Shown piece after piece: positions 35,901-43,803 of a DNA stretch of 52,428 nt; position 1 is the first letter of the stretch; every line of letters begins with the position of its first letter. Origin of the DNA: Vicinamibacterales bacterium (lineage in GTDB: Bacteria; Acidobacteriota; Vicinamibacteria; Vicinamibacterales; CAVVIG01). The stretch is from the NCBI GenBank assembly GCA_040081675.1, contig JBEBGB010000002.1:1-52428 (forward strand). Reading direction: 5' to 3'. A model generated the notes under the pieces. That model worked only from the letters and a program-made list of their open reading frames with translations, was not told the origin of the DNA and searched no databases. A program made the translations under genes and the position numbers.

Positions 35901-37277
35901 CAGGTGTGAACGGGCAGCGGTCCAGTCGCCGCGCTCGGCGCGCAGGGCTTCGACCTCCTCGAGGGCCGTACGCAACGCTTCGCTTGTCTGCTCCTTGGAC
36001 TCGCGGATCTGGCTCTCCATCTGCAGGCGAGTCGCGGTTTCGCTCGCGTGCGCGCTGCGAAGCGCCTCGAGCTCCGCGTGCGCGAGTTGCAGGCCTTCTG
36101 CGGGACCAGCGGCCGCGTCCCGCAGCCGTCCTTCCAGTTCCGACCGCTCCGCGTCGAACTGTGCTCGCGCCTTGGCCCAATCCGCCCGTTCCATTCGCAG
36201 CGTCTCGAGTTCCGCTTCAGCGTGACGGAGTGCGTCCGCGGCGATGGCGACAGACTCGCTCTGTTGTTCTTCGAGAAGCGCACGTTCCTTGGTCAGCCGC
36301 GCGCGGTCGGCCCGAAGGCGCTCGGCTTCTGCTTCTGCCTCCTGAAGGGAGAGTGCCAGACGATCGCGCTCAGCGGCAGCATCCGCAATGGCCGCAGCGT
36401 TGCCTTCAGCGACTTCACCCGAACCTATTCGCTCCTGAATGGTTGCGAGCGCGACGACGCTGTCGCCACTGCGGAAGGGGACGGCGCGAAGGCGCACGTC
36501 AAGGGTGCCGCCGTCTGGGCGCACCAACGTGTGTTCGATATCCGTAGACTCCCCGAGGCACACGCGGCGAATCGCGTCCACGAACGCCGTCCGCTGCGCG
36601 ACAGGCAGGAAGTTCATGAACGGGTGTCCGACCACATGCTCGCGGCCAGCACCAAGCAGTGCGAGGCCGGCCTGATTCATGGCGGTCAGCACGCCGTCGG
36701 GCCCGATGACGCACGTCACAGCCGGCTGGAACTCGAGGATCGTGCGAAGCCGGTCCTGGCTCTGTCGACTTGTGCGGAACGACGCCTGCAGGTCGTGGCG
36801 GGCGCGCACCTGAGTGAACGCCGGCAGCAGTTGAAGCACGAAGTCTGGCGTCTTGACCACGCAGTCGCAAACCGCCAGGTGACTGACCCTTGCCGCCACA
36901 TCGTCACTGCCAGGCCGTGTGAGCAGCACGGCCGGAAGGTCGATCTGGCCCGCTTGCAGCTGACCGAGGAACCCGACGATGTCGAACCCGTCGAAGCTCG
37001 CGTCAATGACCAGCAGATCCGCCCGAAGCCCGCCGGCTCGAAGGCCCTCCAGCGCTTGCTTCGCGTCCCGTGGCGTGATCGAGATGTGGGGAGCGCGTCG
37101 CGCCAGTGTCTGTTGCGCGGTTGCTGGATCGCCGATCCAGACCACGTCGATATGTTCAGGACGAGTGTTCGGTTGCTCGGGCATCTTCGTGTGTCGAGCC
37201 TCTTTTCGGTCGCTCGAGCCGATTGCTTGAGGCAGGGCACTGACGATATTCACAGCGGATGTGCGTTTTCTGAACAC
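32946..37277 (-). CDS. Receiver-like domain + PAS domain + >1,100-aa repeat-built coiled coil (FrzS/AglZ-like architecture)
   Basis: A 1,443-codon ORF (GTG 37277; alternative ATG 37184, MPEQPNT...). The receiver-like domain spans about aa 43-155 (VVWIGD, DLLVIDASFDG, AVLLT, VKTP). The PAS domain spans about aa 175-285 (LRTILEFQPAVTCVIGPDGVLTAMNQAGLALLG...). The remainder is Pro-free and rich in Glu/Arg/Leu/Ala heptads. Confidence 0.8.
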   Translation of the reverse strand: MFRKRTSAVNIVSALPQAIGSSDRKEARHTKMPEQPNTRPEHIDVVWIGDPATAQQTLARRAPHISITPRDAKQALEGLRAGGLRADLLVIDASFDGFDIVGFLGQLQAGQIDLPAVLLTRPGSDDVAARVSHLAVCDCVVKTPDFVLQLLPAFTQVRARHDLQASFRTSRQSQDRLRTILEFQPAVTCVIGPDGVLTAMNQAGLALLGAGREHVVGHPFMNFLPVAQRTAFVDAIRRVCLGESTDIEHTLVRPDGGTLDVRLRAVPFRSGDSVVALATIQERIGSGEVAEGNAAAIADAAAERDRLALSLQEAEAEAERLRADRARLTKERALLEEQQSESVAIAADALRHAEAELETLRMERADWAKARAQFDAERSELEGRLRDAAAGPAEGLQLAHAELEALRSAHASETATRLQMESQIRESKEQTSEALRTALEEVEALRAERGDWTAARSHLESQLRDAAATIGGALRQAQTEVEAVRDERSRWAAERTQLEAQLHDAADGTGEALKQAFADTASVREELERTSNERRHLEEQLREVAENFAGALRQTQTDLESLRAERQLWVEERAQLEGQHRHVSDNAAIALRNAEADLESLRRECADLMDVRTQLEAKLREGADTSTLALQQREHEAEMLRQELARAVDSRVQLETRNRDIADTLRHAESDLETLRREHAQLTDARAQLQRELRDRAEASAAMLQQRQHEAEALRQELAQLADGRSQVEARHLVASENLRRTESDLDTVRRECAQLLDARTQLEAALRTATAGSEQSLAGLRTTQAELESVRRERTQLMDERAKFEARLREISDTTTSALRLAHTDLEALGQERAALAEERTQLAAKLRASEQSSAQALRAAKIELEALHQEHTRVSESRAQLEAQLQAATERSTEAARAAHHELEALRTAHAQVSDARVQLEIQLHASTERSAKAAREAQHELDTLRREHTRVSEARALLEATLRDTTERSAQAARAAQQELDALRKDHSKVSEARALLEVQLTTTTERSAQAAREAQHDLDVLRKQYAQMSEARALLEATLRDTTESADLAGAALRRAKADIDALRNDHAQLSEARARVEAKLQATSDAAEETAAALRQTKTDLEQVRQEREQLAAARTQLAATLQTTTEESSAALRAAQGEIENLRAARGQLEAKLLDSADRSAVAIRDAKTEIGALRKEHDQLVAVRGQLERTLRESAEQAAEALRAARADAADAHVAHSQLVAEHATLQTQLREQLDRAMVVEQQFVEEREQLTRVLHAVTGRCDTTDAELRRLKAELRGSEERSQRDSATIDALRAENRELTTTIERLQTELRALATVIDEARSRLLLVEATLSTERAAAAQQADIARTEHAQLLATLETERHRSAGLDREVAMQKALVEQWSELQGSLESDHKAVLHLRETLVQFLGDADYQYHQLLERQEVALNQCDRIQGRAAE
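33656..36239 (-). repeat. About 23 tandem copies of a 32-49-aa (mostly 36-42, modal 39-aa / 117-nt) coding repeat inside the coiled-coil gene
   Basis: The unit pattern is ALRxAxx(E/D)LExLRxEhxxxxxARxQLEAxLRxxxxxxxx. The best-conserved block (about 34112..34706) reads ERSTEAARAAHHELEALRTAHAQVSDARVQLEIQLHAST / ERSAKAAREAQHELDTLRREHTRVSEARALLEATLRDTT / ERSAQAARAAQQELDALRKDHSKVSEARALLEVQLTTTT / ERSAQAAREAQHDLDVLRKQYAQMSEARALLEATLRDTT. Confidence 0.85.
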
Positions 37278-37413
37278 GCGGAGGCGTGGCTAGACGGCTT
37301 CTCGGGTCCGTCGCATTCTCGGCTTAGAGCCGGATCTGCTTCATTTGTAGCCAGTTAGCACCTGCTGCCGGCGGATTCATGAGCGCGGCATCGTCGTTGC
37401 CATCAACAGTGAC

Positions 37414-38238
37414 ATGCCCCCAAAGCCGAAGACCAAGGCTCAACCGGTTCAAGCGGCGGAACCGTTTGTGCCGGACGAAGACCGCCGTGTTGCCACGCGG
37501 CTCAAGCCGCACGAGGTGCCCTGGATTCGAGAGGTCAAGCCGATCTCGGGAGACCGGGCCCGGCTGCTCAACATCTCGAAGACAGGCGTGCTGCTGGAGA
37601 CGACCGCGCGGCTGCAGCCTGGGCGACGAAGCACGGTTGTCATCGTGGACGGAGCCGACCGGAAGGAGCGAGCCGAAGGACACGTCATTCGCACGGAGCT
37701 CGTGTCGATCGGGCCAGCCGGGGAGCTGATCTATCGCACAGCGATGGCCTTCGCCGAGGAACTGGACCTGCGCCTTCCGGAGGTGATGCACGACCCAGTC
37801 GCCGCTTCCCTCGAAACGCCGACCGATGTGACCGTCGAAGGACCGCTACATGGTCTGCTGTCCACGGCATCCGGCTCGCAGCGCGTGACGGTCACACACG
37901 TGAGTCAGGCGGGCTGCTACGTTCAGTCTACGCAGCCGTCGGCTGCCAACGGCTGGGCGTCGGTGACGGTGTTCTTCTCGCCGGTGCGTTCCCTGACATT
38001 GTCAGGCACGGTAGTCGCCGTCGAAGAGGACCGGGGTTGCCTTCTTCGGTTCGACGATCTGTCGCCAGAGACGCGTCGTGCGCTGCGTGTGGAGATTCGC
38101 GAATCACTCGCAGTTCAAGCGCCGTTGAACGCGCCTCCGTCGGTCAGTATTGGCTTGATCACCGAGTCTGCCGACCAGGGCGCAGTCGTCGTCGAGTGGC
38201 ACTCTGAGGTCGCGAGTCTGCACGCCAATCAGTGGTGA
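37414..38238 (+). CDS. Tandem PilZ-domain protein (N-terminal domain with intact c-di-GMP motifs, second domain degenerate)
   Basis: RRVATR (RRxxxR, 37483..37500) and NISKTG ((D/N)xSxxG, 37570..37587) are 23 residues apart. The second domain has HVSQAG but no RRxxxR. Confidence 0.75.
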   Translation: MPPKPKTKAQPVQAAEPFVPDEDRRVATRLKPHEVPWIREVKPISGDRARLLNISKTGVLLETTARLQPGRRSTVVIVDGADRKERAEGHVIRTELVSIGPAGELIYRTAMAFAEELDLRLPEVMHDPVAASLETPTDVTVEGPLHGLLSTASGSQRVTVTHVSQAGCYVQSTQPSAANGWASVTVFFSPVRSLTLSGTVVAVEEDRGCLLRFDDLSPETRRALRVEIRESLAVQAPLNAPPSVSIGLITESADQGAVVVEWHSEVASLHANQW

Positions 38239-38268
38239 GTGAAGCACCACACGGAACTGGACACGACA

Positions 38269-39555
38269 CTAGCTGACCAAGGCGAAGGTGTGCTCAATGG
38301 CGTCGCACGCGGCGTCGAGTCCGCGCTCCGAGCGCACGACGGCGGCAACCCGCTTCGCCGCAGCCGCATAGGCGGGGTCGCTCGTCAGCGTCCGTAACTG
38401 CGCAGCGACACGCGGAGCACGATAGCGCCCGGCCCGCACCAGTCGTGCAACACCCAGGTGACACGCTCGCCAGGCGTTGTCAGGCTGGTCGTGCGCGTAG
38501 GGCACGGCAAGCAAAGGTGCGCCACTTCGAAGGCTCTGCGCCAGCGTGCCGACTCCACACTGATGGACCACTGCGGACGCTCGCGGAAACAGCAGCGAAT
38601 GCGGCGCCCGGTTGACGACGATGATGTCGCTGGCGTGTGCAGCGGAGTTGCTGGTGATGAGCGACCGGACACGCTCGAGTCCCTCACCCGCGATGAGCAC
38701 AGCTCGTGCGCCCAGGCGTGTGGCGGCATCGACGCTCTCTCGCCAGAAGTCCTTCTCGATGATGACGACAGACGACCCCAGCGTGAACACAATCGGTGGG
38801 GGACCCGAGTCGAGGAACGCTTCCAGTTCCGGCGCGAGTGACGTGCCATGCGGCGCGTCGTAGAACGCATGACCGGTCACGACGACGTTCGGTGGCCAAT
38901 CCGGCTGCGGAGCGCCGAGCAGCCGCGAGTAGAGAGCAAGAACCAGCGTTGGAGAATGCTGCCCTTCGAGAATCGGGTTGGCGCCGCGTGGCAAGCCGAG
39001 CGATTGCCGCAGTTCGTAGACCGGCGTCGGCCAACCCTCCAGGACGCTGCGCACGGCACGCATCAGCAGCCTGCCTGCCCACGGCCCGAGCCGTTCGAAC
39101 GATTTCAGCCACGGTGCGGGCGGCAGCACCATCATGTCCGTCGCGGAGAACAGCGACGCAGGGGCGAGCACGACGCTGGCCCACGGAATCCGACGATGCG
39201 CCGCGACGATCGGCGTGGCGAATGTGATCGGATGACTGATCAGCAGCTCTGCGCCGTCTGCCGCCTCGGACACATCCTCGAACATGGCACGCACGTTCGG
39301 AAACAGAAGCTCTCGCAGCAAGTAGTCGGTGCCGCGCGAGCGGTCCATGATGCGTTCGATGAGGCTCGACTCGCTCGGGTCGACGTTCGGTCTGATGGGC
39401 CGGAAAATCAGCCCTGATGTCTCGATGAGCGAGCGGTAGTATTCGATGGTGGCAATCGTGGCCTGATGACCACGTGCCTGAAGGGCGAGCCCGAGTCCCA
39501 GGAACGGATCGATGTCGCCGTGGCTACCCCAGCAGGTCAGGACGATGCGCGCCAT
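38269..39555 (-). CDS. GT1-family (UDP-glycosyltransferase / MGT-like) glycosyltransferase
   Basis: The N-terminus is MARIVLTCWGSHGDIDPFLGLGLALQARGH. The C-terminal donor-binding motif is HQCGVGTLAQSLRSGAPLLAVPYAHDQPDNA. Confidence 0.85.
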   Translation of the reverse strand: MARIVLTCWGSHGDIDPFLGLGLALQARGHQATIATIEYYRSLIETSGLIFRPIRPNVDPSESSLIERIMDRSRGTDYLLRELLFPNVRAMFEDVSEAADGAELLISHPITFATPIVAAHRRIPWASVVLAPASLFSATDMMVLPPAPWLKSFERLGPWAGRLLMRAVRSVLEGWPTPVYELRQSLGLPRGANPILEGQHSPTLVLALYSRLLGAPQPDWPPNVVVTGHAFYDAPHGTSLAPELEAFLDSGPPPIVFTLGSSVVIIEKDFWRESVDAATRLGARAVLIAGEGLERVRSLITSNSAAHASDIIVVNRAPHSLLFPRASAVVHQCGVGTLAQSLRSGAPLLAVPYAHDQPDNAWRACHLGVARLVRAGRYRAPRVAAQLRTLTSDPAYAAAAKRVAAVVRSERGLDAACDAIEHTFALVS

Positions 39556-39757
39556 CTCAGCAAGGCTCGAACATTTGCCGTTCGCGAGGGTAGCACGCCG
39601 CGGCTCGACCGAACGCCGGAGCCGCCGAGTTCACGTGCGTGTGCCGGGAACCCGGCGCTGCTCAGCGGCCATCACGCGTTTGGCGCGAGTACGACCCTCA
39701 TGAGCGCGGCCTGGTTCGTGCACCGTCTATAGGTGAACCCAAATTGGAGGTGCGCGT

Positions 39758-40648
39758 ATGCCGCAAGTGAAGCGCGTCTTGTGTCCGATCGATTTTTCGG
39801 ACGCGTCCCGTCACGCGCTCGATCATGCCGTGATGATGGCTGGGTGGTTCCGGTCGGCGCTCACGGTGATGCATGTGCGTCACCCTGTCTTTCTCATCGA
39901 GCCGCCGATTCTCTTCGCGGACCTGGCCGACTCCTCGATGGGGACACTCGAGGACGTCGAGGCTCGGCTGCAGACCTGGCTGGAGCCGGTTCGTGCGGCC
40001 GGAATCGCCTGCGACGCGCTTGCCGTCGATGGCAACAATCCCGCTTCGCGCATCGTGGAAGCGGTGGCACAGCTCGACGCGGACCTGGTGGTCATGGGAA
40101 CCCATGGTCGGCGTGGCTTCGAGCGGCTCATGCTGGGGTCGGTCACCGAGCGGGTCGTCAGGACAGCAACCTGCCCGGTCGTGACAGTGCCTCCGCCCAC
40201 CGTCACCACATCCGCACTCCCGTTCCGGCGCGTGATGTGCGCCGTCGACTTCTCCGATTCGTCACTGAATGCAGTCCGATTTGCGCGGTCCCTGGCGCAG
40301 GAATCGAACTCCGCGCTGACGCTGTTGCACGTGCTCGAATGGCCGCCCGAGAGCGAGGCGCTGGCGATGTTCGACATGACCGAGTACCGGGACGCAGTGC
40401 GAACGGACGCCGAGCAGCGTCTGGCCAAGCTGGCGCAGGACCCTGAGTTCGAGGGCCGTCGGCCGGCCATTCGTCTCGTCATTGGCAAGCCGCACGAGCA
40501 GATTCTCGCCGTCGCCGTTGAAGATCAAGCGGACATCGTCGTCCTTGGCGTACACGGTAGAAACCCGATCGACCTGATGCTGTTTGGCTCGACCACGAAC
40601 CAGGTGATTCGTCGCGCCAGGTGTCCGGTGCTCACGCTGCGGCAGTGA
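39758..40648 (+). CDS. Tandem universal stress protein (UspA) domain protein
   Basis: Two Usp repeats are present: VLCPIDFSDASRHALDHAVMMA...VMGTHGRRGFERLMLGSVTERVVRTATCPVVTV, and VMCAVDFSDSS...VLGVHGRNPIDLMLFGSTTNQVIRRARCPVLTL. A GGAGG RBS precedes the start. Confidence 0.9.
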   Translation: MPQVKRVLCPIDFSDASRHALDHAVMMAGWFRSALTVMHVRHPVFLIEPPILFADLADSSMGTLEDVEARLQTWLEPVRAAGIACDALAVDGNNPASRIVEAVAQLDADLVVMGTHGRRGFERLMLGSVTERVVRTATCPVVTVPPPTVTTSALPFRRVMCAVDFSDSSLNAVRFARSLAQESNSALTLLHVLEWPPESEALAMFDMTEYRDAVRTDAEQRLAKLAQDPEFEGRRPAIRLVIGKPHEQILAVAVEDQADIVVLGVHGRNPIDLMLFGSTTNQVIRRARCPVLTLRQ

Positions 40649-40688
40649 CACGCGAAACGACCGTCACACGACGACCCGGAGGATGATT

Positions 40689-41162
40689 ATGGCTGTCACA
40701 CAACTGGTTCAGGAGTTCCTCAGGCAATCCAACGTCGGCTACAGTGTGTTCCCGCACCTGCCGGCTTACACCGCCCAGGAGGAAGCGGCAGTGACGCACA
40801 TCTCCGGGCGGGACTGGGCGAAGCCCGTCGTCTTCTTTGCCGATGGCGAGCCCATTCAGGCCGTCGTCCCTGCGGACCTGGTTGTCGACGTCGATCAGCT
40901 TCTGGCGCTGACCGGCGCCGAACGCATTCGCCTGGCAACCGAGGAAGAACTCTCCGAGCTCTATCCAGATTGTGAGCCTGGCGCGATGCCGCCGCTTGGC
41001 CCGCTGTACAACCAGCCGGTATTTGTTGACATTGCGTTGGCTGCCGAGCCGCAGATCGTCTTCAACGGCGGCACGCACGCCGATGCGGTCTGCATGCGGT
41101 ACGACGACTTTGCTGCCGTGGCCAAGCCAGTCGTGGGCAGCTTCGCGATACGACCGTTCTAG
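40689..41162 (+). CDS. YbaK/EbsC-like aminoacyl-tRNA deacylase-domain protein
   Basis: Motifs present: AKPVVFFADGEPIQAVVPADLVVDVDQL, GAMPPLGPLY, VFVDIAL. ATG 40689 lies 6 nt after GGAGG. The longest ORF starts at 40683. Confidence 0.6.
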   Translation: MAVTQLVQEFLRQSNVGYSVFPHLPAYTAQEEAAVTHISGRDWAKPVVFFADGEPIQAVVPADLVVDVDQLLALTGAERIRLATEEELSELYPDCEPGAMPPLGPLYNQPVFVDIALAAEPQIVFNGGTHADAVCMRYDDFAAVAKPVVGSFAIRPF

Positions 41163-41218
41163 GGTTCGCCTCGCAACGCATTCGGCCGGTCAAGCCTCCC
41201 GAGGGCGCGGGTCGGCTC

Positions 41219-42202
41219 TTACTTCGCGGCCGGCGCCCGCTTGGGATAGTAGACGGCGTCCACGGGGAGGGGGTCGACCAGGTAGTCGCGATCCTTGAAA
41301 GGGAACGCCGGTCGCGGTTTCGACGTGATGAACGCCGCAAGCTGCAGAGCGTCGTCGTCGGTCATGTTGCCGGGGTCCAGGTACGGCATCGTGTACCGAA
41401 TGATCCCGGCCAACGTGTAGGTGCGTGCGGCGCCGGCCCCGTCGTTCCAGGAATCGGGTCCCCAGAGAGGCCCGGGTCGCTTGTCTCCGACGGTCACCCC
41501 TTGCCCTTCGGCCCCGTGGCACGAAACACAGCGCTCGTTGTAGATGGCTTCACCTTTCGCCGGGTCGAGCTTGTCGACCGCAACGAGTGCGGGCTGCGGA
41601 ATCGTGTTCTGGCCTCGCCACACCGGATTCTTGCCAATTTCGTTGCCGCGAGAGATCCACGCCAGGTATGCGGCGATAGCCAGGACCTCGCGTGACGTGG
41701 GAGTCGGCAGACTGTCGGCTCCGACGGTTGCATCATGATCCGTCGCATCGGCGGACAGCTTGCCCGTCGCGTTCTCGCTCCGCAGGAAGCAGTCGACGAT
41801 GCGATCGTTGAGGCTGATGAGACGTCCCGCTCGACGGTTGTATTCCGGGAACGCGCCGGAGATCGCCACAAGTGGCATCGCGCGCTCGCGCTGGCCACCG
41901 TTCAGATGGCAGTTGTTACAGGAGATCCCACCCGGCACGAACCGCTCGGCCTCTGCGGGCGTATTCGTGAACAGCCTGTAGCCCCACTGAATTTCCTTCG
42001 ACAGCTTCGATTGATCGAGGCTCGGGTCGTTCAGGGGGTTCTGGGGGAAGTCCCAGGCCGTCACCATGGTCATCTTCGCCGGAATCAACGGGCCGATGAG
42101 CTTGTACCGAAGCTTGGGTGGCCCAGGTTCCGCGGGCTTGGAGCACGCAGATGCGCTGGCAATCGCCAGGACGGCGAGCAGGAGTCGCGATCGACTATTC
42201 AT
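41219..42202 (-). CDS. tsdA: Dihaem c-type cytochrome lipoprotein, TsdA-like (thiosulfate dehydrogenase family)
   Basis: The start at ATG 42202 gives MNSRSRLLLAVLAIASASAC (lipobox). Haem 1 is CNNCH, followed by SLNDRIVDCFLRSENATG (the candidate Cys axial-ligand context of TsdA/SoxA-type cytochromes). Haem 2 is CVSCHGAEGQG, followed by YTMPY. Confidence 0.6.
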   Translation of the reverse strand: MNSRSRLLLAVLAIASASACSKPAEPGPPKLRYKLIGPLIPAKMTMVTAWDFPQNPLNDPSLDQSKLSKEIQWGYRLFTNTPAEAERFVPGGISCNNCHLNGGQRERAMPLVAISGAFPEYNRRAGRLISLNDRIVDCFLRSENATGKLSADATDHDATVGADSLPTPTSREVLAIAAYLAWISRGNEIGKNPVWRGQNTIPQPALVAVDKLDPAKGEAIYNERCVSCHGAEGQGVTVGDKRPGPLWGPDSWNDGAGAARTYTLAGIIRYTMPYLDPGNMTDDDALQLAAFITSKPRPAFPFKDRDYLVDPLPVDAVYYPKRAPAAK

Positions 42203-42275
42203 AGACTCACACCGAAGGTCGGGGTAGTGTAACGGTAATTCTCCCTGAAGCGTCAGCATAGCGAGGTCACTCTTT

Positions 42276-42992
42276 ATGAAACAAGACATGGCACAGGCAG
42301 CCTTGGCGCGTCGTTCCTTCCTCTCGCGGATCGTGGCCGGCGCCGGAGCCTTCGGTGCCGCATTCGGCGGTGCGTCGATCGCACAGGCGCAGTCTGCACC
42401 CGCGGCCGGCGGCGCATTCCAACCGGCGCATCATGCTGAAGACGACTGGTTCGACCAGACGACCGCGAAGCACCGGTTCTTCTACGACACGGCGTCGTCC
42501 GGGGGATTCGGTCAGGCGCTCTTTTTCGCCCGCAACTACTTCGTGGCCAACGCCAGTGGCTACAAGCTTGCCGACGCTGACCTGGCGCAGGTGATTTGCG
42601 CGCGACACGAGTCGACGTCGTTCGCGTTCACCGATGCGATGTGGGTCAAGTACGGCGCCGCGCTGTCCGAACGCTCGGATCATTTCGTCGATCCGAAGAC
42701 CAAGCAAGTGCCCACTACGAATGTCTACATGTCGGGCGAGTATGGCGGGGCGCTCCGCAACGGCGGCGTGACGATCGACCAATTGGCCAAGCGTGGCGTT
42801 CGCCTCGCGGTCTGCGCCATGGCCACACGAGCAGCCGCGCAGGTGGCAGCGCAGAAGACCGGTGGGAACGTCGACGCGATCTTCAAGGAACTCACTGAAA
42901 ACCTGGTGCCCAACGCGCGCATGGTGCCGGCCGGCATCGTCGCGGTGAACCGTTCGCAGGAACGCGGGTACTCGTTCGTGAATGTCGTCTAA
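42276..42992 (+). CDS. Tat-exported DsrE/DsrF-like fold protein (hypothetical, sulfur-carrier-like)
   Basis: A twin-arginine signal (ARRSFLSRIVAGAGAFGAAFGGASIAQA) is present. Motifs include HRFFYDT, QVICARHEST, GVRLAVCAMA, and the C-terminal VPAGIVAVNRSQERGYSFVNV, which is typical of COG1416/DsrE-like proteins. Confidence 0.5.
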   Translation: MKQDMAQAALARRSFLSRIVAGAGAFGAAFGGASIAQAQSAPAAGGAFQPAHHAEDDWFDQTTAKHRFFYDTASSGGFGQALFFARNYFVANASGYKLADADLAQVICARHESTSFAFTDAMWVKYGAALSERSDHFVDPKTKQVPTTNVYMSGEYGGALRNGGVTIDQLAKRGVRLAVCAMATRAAAQVAAQKTGGNVDAIFKELTENLVPNARMVPAGIVAVNRSQERGYSFVNVV

Positions 42993-43006
42993 GAGGGAGC
43001 TGGAAT

Positions 43007-43540
43007 ATGCGTAAGGGATTTCTTGCCGCAGTTGCGGTCACGGCTTGCCTCGTCGCGAGCCACGCGTTCGCGCAGGTGAGCAAGCCGACGGTGGCCGGAG
43101 TGACGAACTTCGCCAAGCTCGAAACGACAATCGCGTGCGCAGGCGCGACAACGCCGGCGGGTGTCGCCGAGGTCAAGAAACTCGGTTACAAGTCCGTGAT
43201 CAACTTGCGTCTGGCGAGCGAAGCCGGTGCCGATGTGGAAGCCGAAGCAGCTGCGGCAAAGGCAGCAGGCATTACCTATGTGCACGTGCCGGTCAACAGT
43301 GCGTCGCCCGATCCGGCAATGGTCGACAAGTTTCTGAGCGCTGTGTCCGACCCCGCCAACCAACCGGCGTTCGTCCACTGCGCGAGCGGCAACCGCGCGG
43401 CTGCGTTCTGGATGATCAAGCGCCTCATGGTCGATCATTGGGACGTGGATCGCGCCTCGACCGAGGCGGCGTCGCTCGGGCTGACCAACCCGGCGCTCAA
43501 GACGTTCGCGACCGACTACGCGATGGCCCACGCCAAGTAG
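43007..43540 (+). CDS. Secreted DUF442 / TIGR01244-type tyrosine-phosphatase-fold (sulfur-transferase-associated) protein
   Basis: It has a signal peptide and the motifs SVINLR and the Cys-loop FVHCASGNRAA (HCxxGxR). An AGGGAG RBS precedes the start. Confidence 0.65.
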   Translation: MRKGFLAAVAVTACLVASHAFAQVSKPTVAGVTNFAKLETTIACAGATTPAGVAEVKKLGYKSVINLRLASEAGADVEAEAAAAKAAGITYVHVPVNSASPDPAMVDKFLSAVSDPANQPAFVHCASGNRAAAFWMIKRLMVDHWDVDRASTEAASLGLTNPALKTFATDYAMAHAK

Positions 43541-43596
43541 TTTCCAGGCTCTAGGCGATACGCGACAGGCTGTGGGCGTTGTCGCGCGGTCACACG

Positions 43597-43635
43597 ACAC
43601 GGGCAGGGGACTTCGGTTTCCTGCCGTGTTTCTCC
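43597..43635 (+). terminator. Candidate intrinsic terminator after the DUF442 gene
   Basis: ACACGGGCAGG (43597..43607) pairs with CCTGCCGTGT (43620..43629), giving 10 bp with one bulge. It is followed by the U-rich TTCTCC. Confidence 0.4.
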
Positions 43636-43803
43636 GTCGCCCAGCGGTGCGAGCGCAACTTTCTTGTAGTCGCGCCGCGCCTCGATTCGACAGAAATGTA
43701 TGGATTCTGTTGGATGCAGACGAAAGTGTCGGTGTGTTGCTGACACGAGGGGGTCTGTCGCCGCCTTGACGGCGCATGTCGTCAGGCTCGATGATGCGAG
43801 ACA

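Noticed and set aside
35396-37358. 383-aa and 436-aa plus-strand ORFs opposite the coiled-coil gene
   Set aside because: They are antisense reading of a repetitive GC-rich coding repeat. The minus-strand frame has REC, PAS and heptad signatures; these ORFs have none.
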